From: Eledone cirrhosa
Taxonomy: Eukaryota
Direction: 5' to 3'
Assembly: GCA_964016885.1 (NCBI GenBank)
Contig: OZ024740.1
Coordinates: 397,544,001-397,608,000, forward strand
DNA length: 64,000 nt
Every line of letters starts with the position of its first letter. The stretch's first letter is position 1. This document shows, piece after piece, positions 62,743-64,000 of the stretch. The position numbers were made by a program, and so were the translations under genes. Under the pieces are notes generated by a model, which was not told the DNA's origin, made no database searches, and worked only from the letters and a program-made list of their open reading frames with translations.

Positions 62743-62853
62743 AGAATCTGTGGTGTTGTAATAAGTTGAGGACCTCCAAAATCCTGTGGGTACTTGAATT
62801 TCAAAAAAAAGTACAGATGGCCAACAAGAATGCCAATCAACTCAAACAAACCT
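62743..62853 (-). CDS. DERL1: Derlin-1, penultimate coding exon
   Basis: ttctacAG / GTaagt; phase 2-2, compatible with last exon; GLFELIGILVGHLYFFLKFKYPQDFGGPQLITTPQIL matches Derlin-1 ELIGNLVGHLYFFLMFRYP...TPQFL; earlier exons lie beyond 64000. Confidence 0.92.
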
Positions 62854-64000
62854 CTGTAGAAGAGAAAGAATAAGTTTTTGTACATAACTAAGTTTACATG
62901 TATTATTATCATCATCATCATTAACCTTTTAGTATTTACATTACTCTATATTTACTATTGTATTTTCACAGTAAAGACTTTATCTCACATAATATCGAAT
63001 TGATGGAATTTTGATATTTATTTTCAGAACATAACCTTAACATTGGTATGAGTGGCCAGTTACAGCCGGTTTGAACAGAAAGAAGTGAGAGAATTCTGGC
63101 TAAATGTGACTGGTTTAAATGCTAAAGGTTTTTAATTTTTTTTTCCCAAACTGGCATAAGATGGGCAGTTTTGCACTGGATCAAAAGTTGCTTGGGGAAG
63201 TTCAACTGGTATAGTGAAGTCATTTCTTGGTGACGATTGTTCTTAAGAAATAGATATGTGTTGTGTTTTTTTTTAAATTATTATTGGCATTACAATAATG
63301 TAAAATTTCAATTGTAAAATATGCTGTAAGTCATACAACAATACCCATTTACTAATTTACTACAGTTGGGACATGAATTATATCTTCTCATATACTACCA
63401 AAAAAGTCAGTGGTTAACACTCTCTAAACAGCTTAAATTGACAAGTTTTTTGTTACTTTTTAGTGTTAAGTTCTTTTGTGGCTGCAAGAAAAAGAGAAGC
63501 TGGATCCCAATAGTCTTATTTAAAAGTCAATATCATTGATCCTGCATTGATGAATACTTCTAATTATGAAAAGTCAAGTAATTGACTAGATTATTTGATA
63601 ATGGACAGATAGAATAAAAATGAAAGAATATATTTTCAGTTTTTTCATTCTAACATAACCAGTGTTACTAATTTAGATACTTTCTAGCTAGATGTTGAGG
63701 AGGTACATGGCCTAGTGGTAATGGTATTGGATTTACGATCATAATGTTGTGAGCTTGATTTGTGGACTACGTTGTGTGTTGTGTTCTTGAGCAAAACACT
63801 TCACTTCACGTTACTCCAGTATACTCAGCTGAAAATGAGTACCAGAAATAGCTGGGAGTTTAACCTGGCAATAGACTGGCATCCTATCCAGCAGGAAGTC
63901 TTGTATCTCAGTCACTTGATGCCAAGGAAACTGGGATAAGCACCAACCTGATCAGCTTTCAGGTTCAAAACAGACTTTAGACAAGCTAGATGTAGTTAAT

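Overview
AT-rich, intron-rich animal genomic DNA, most likely an octopod cephalopod (inferred from its characteristic tRNA-derived SINE, RTE LINEs with (GAT)n tails and abundant (TA)n/(CAT)n). The short ORF track hides two spliced host genes, which I reconstructed by hand. (1) A + strand gene with 16 GT-AG exons in the window (858-49583; 5' exons lie upstream). All splice phases are compatible, giving about 779 aa of an uninterrupted YMR196W-like / MGH1-like glycoside hydrolase family 63 protein. (2) The last two coding exons of Derlin-1 on the - strand (62743-62853 and 55017-55149), convergent with the first gene. The introns hold at least three RTE LINE families, CRE, CR1 and Jockey-like LINE relics, a mariner relic, MITEs and many SINEs. 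There is also a Buster/Charlie-type hAT with intact TIRs and an 8-bp TSD, inserted into a SINE and itself carrying an RTE. Penelope-like sequences include one near-complete element. The most striking non-coding signal is a set of type-I hammerhead ribozyme motifs from three distinct sequence families. All have unusually long stem-II inserts and all are present on the sense strand of the glycosidase pre-mRNA. Several long fold-back repeats could form dsRNA.
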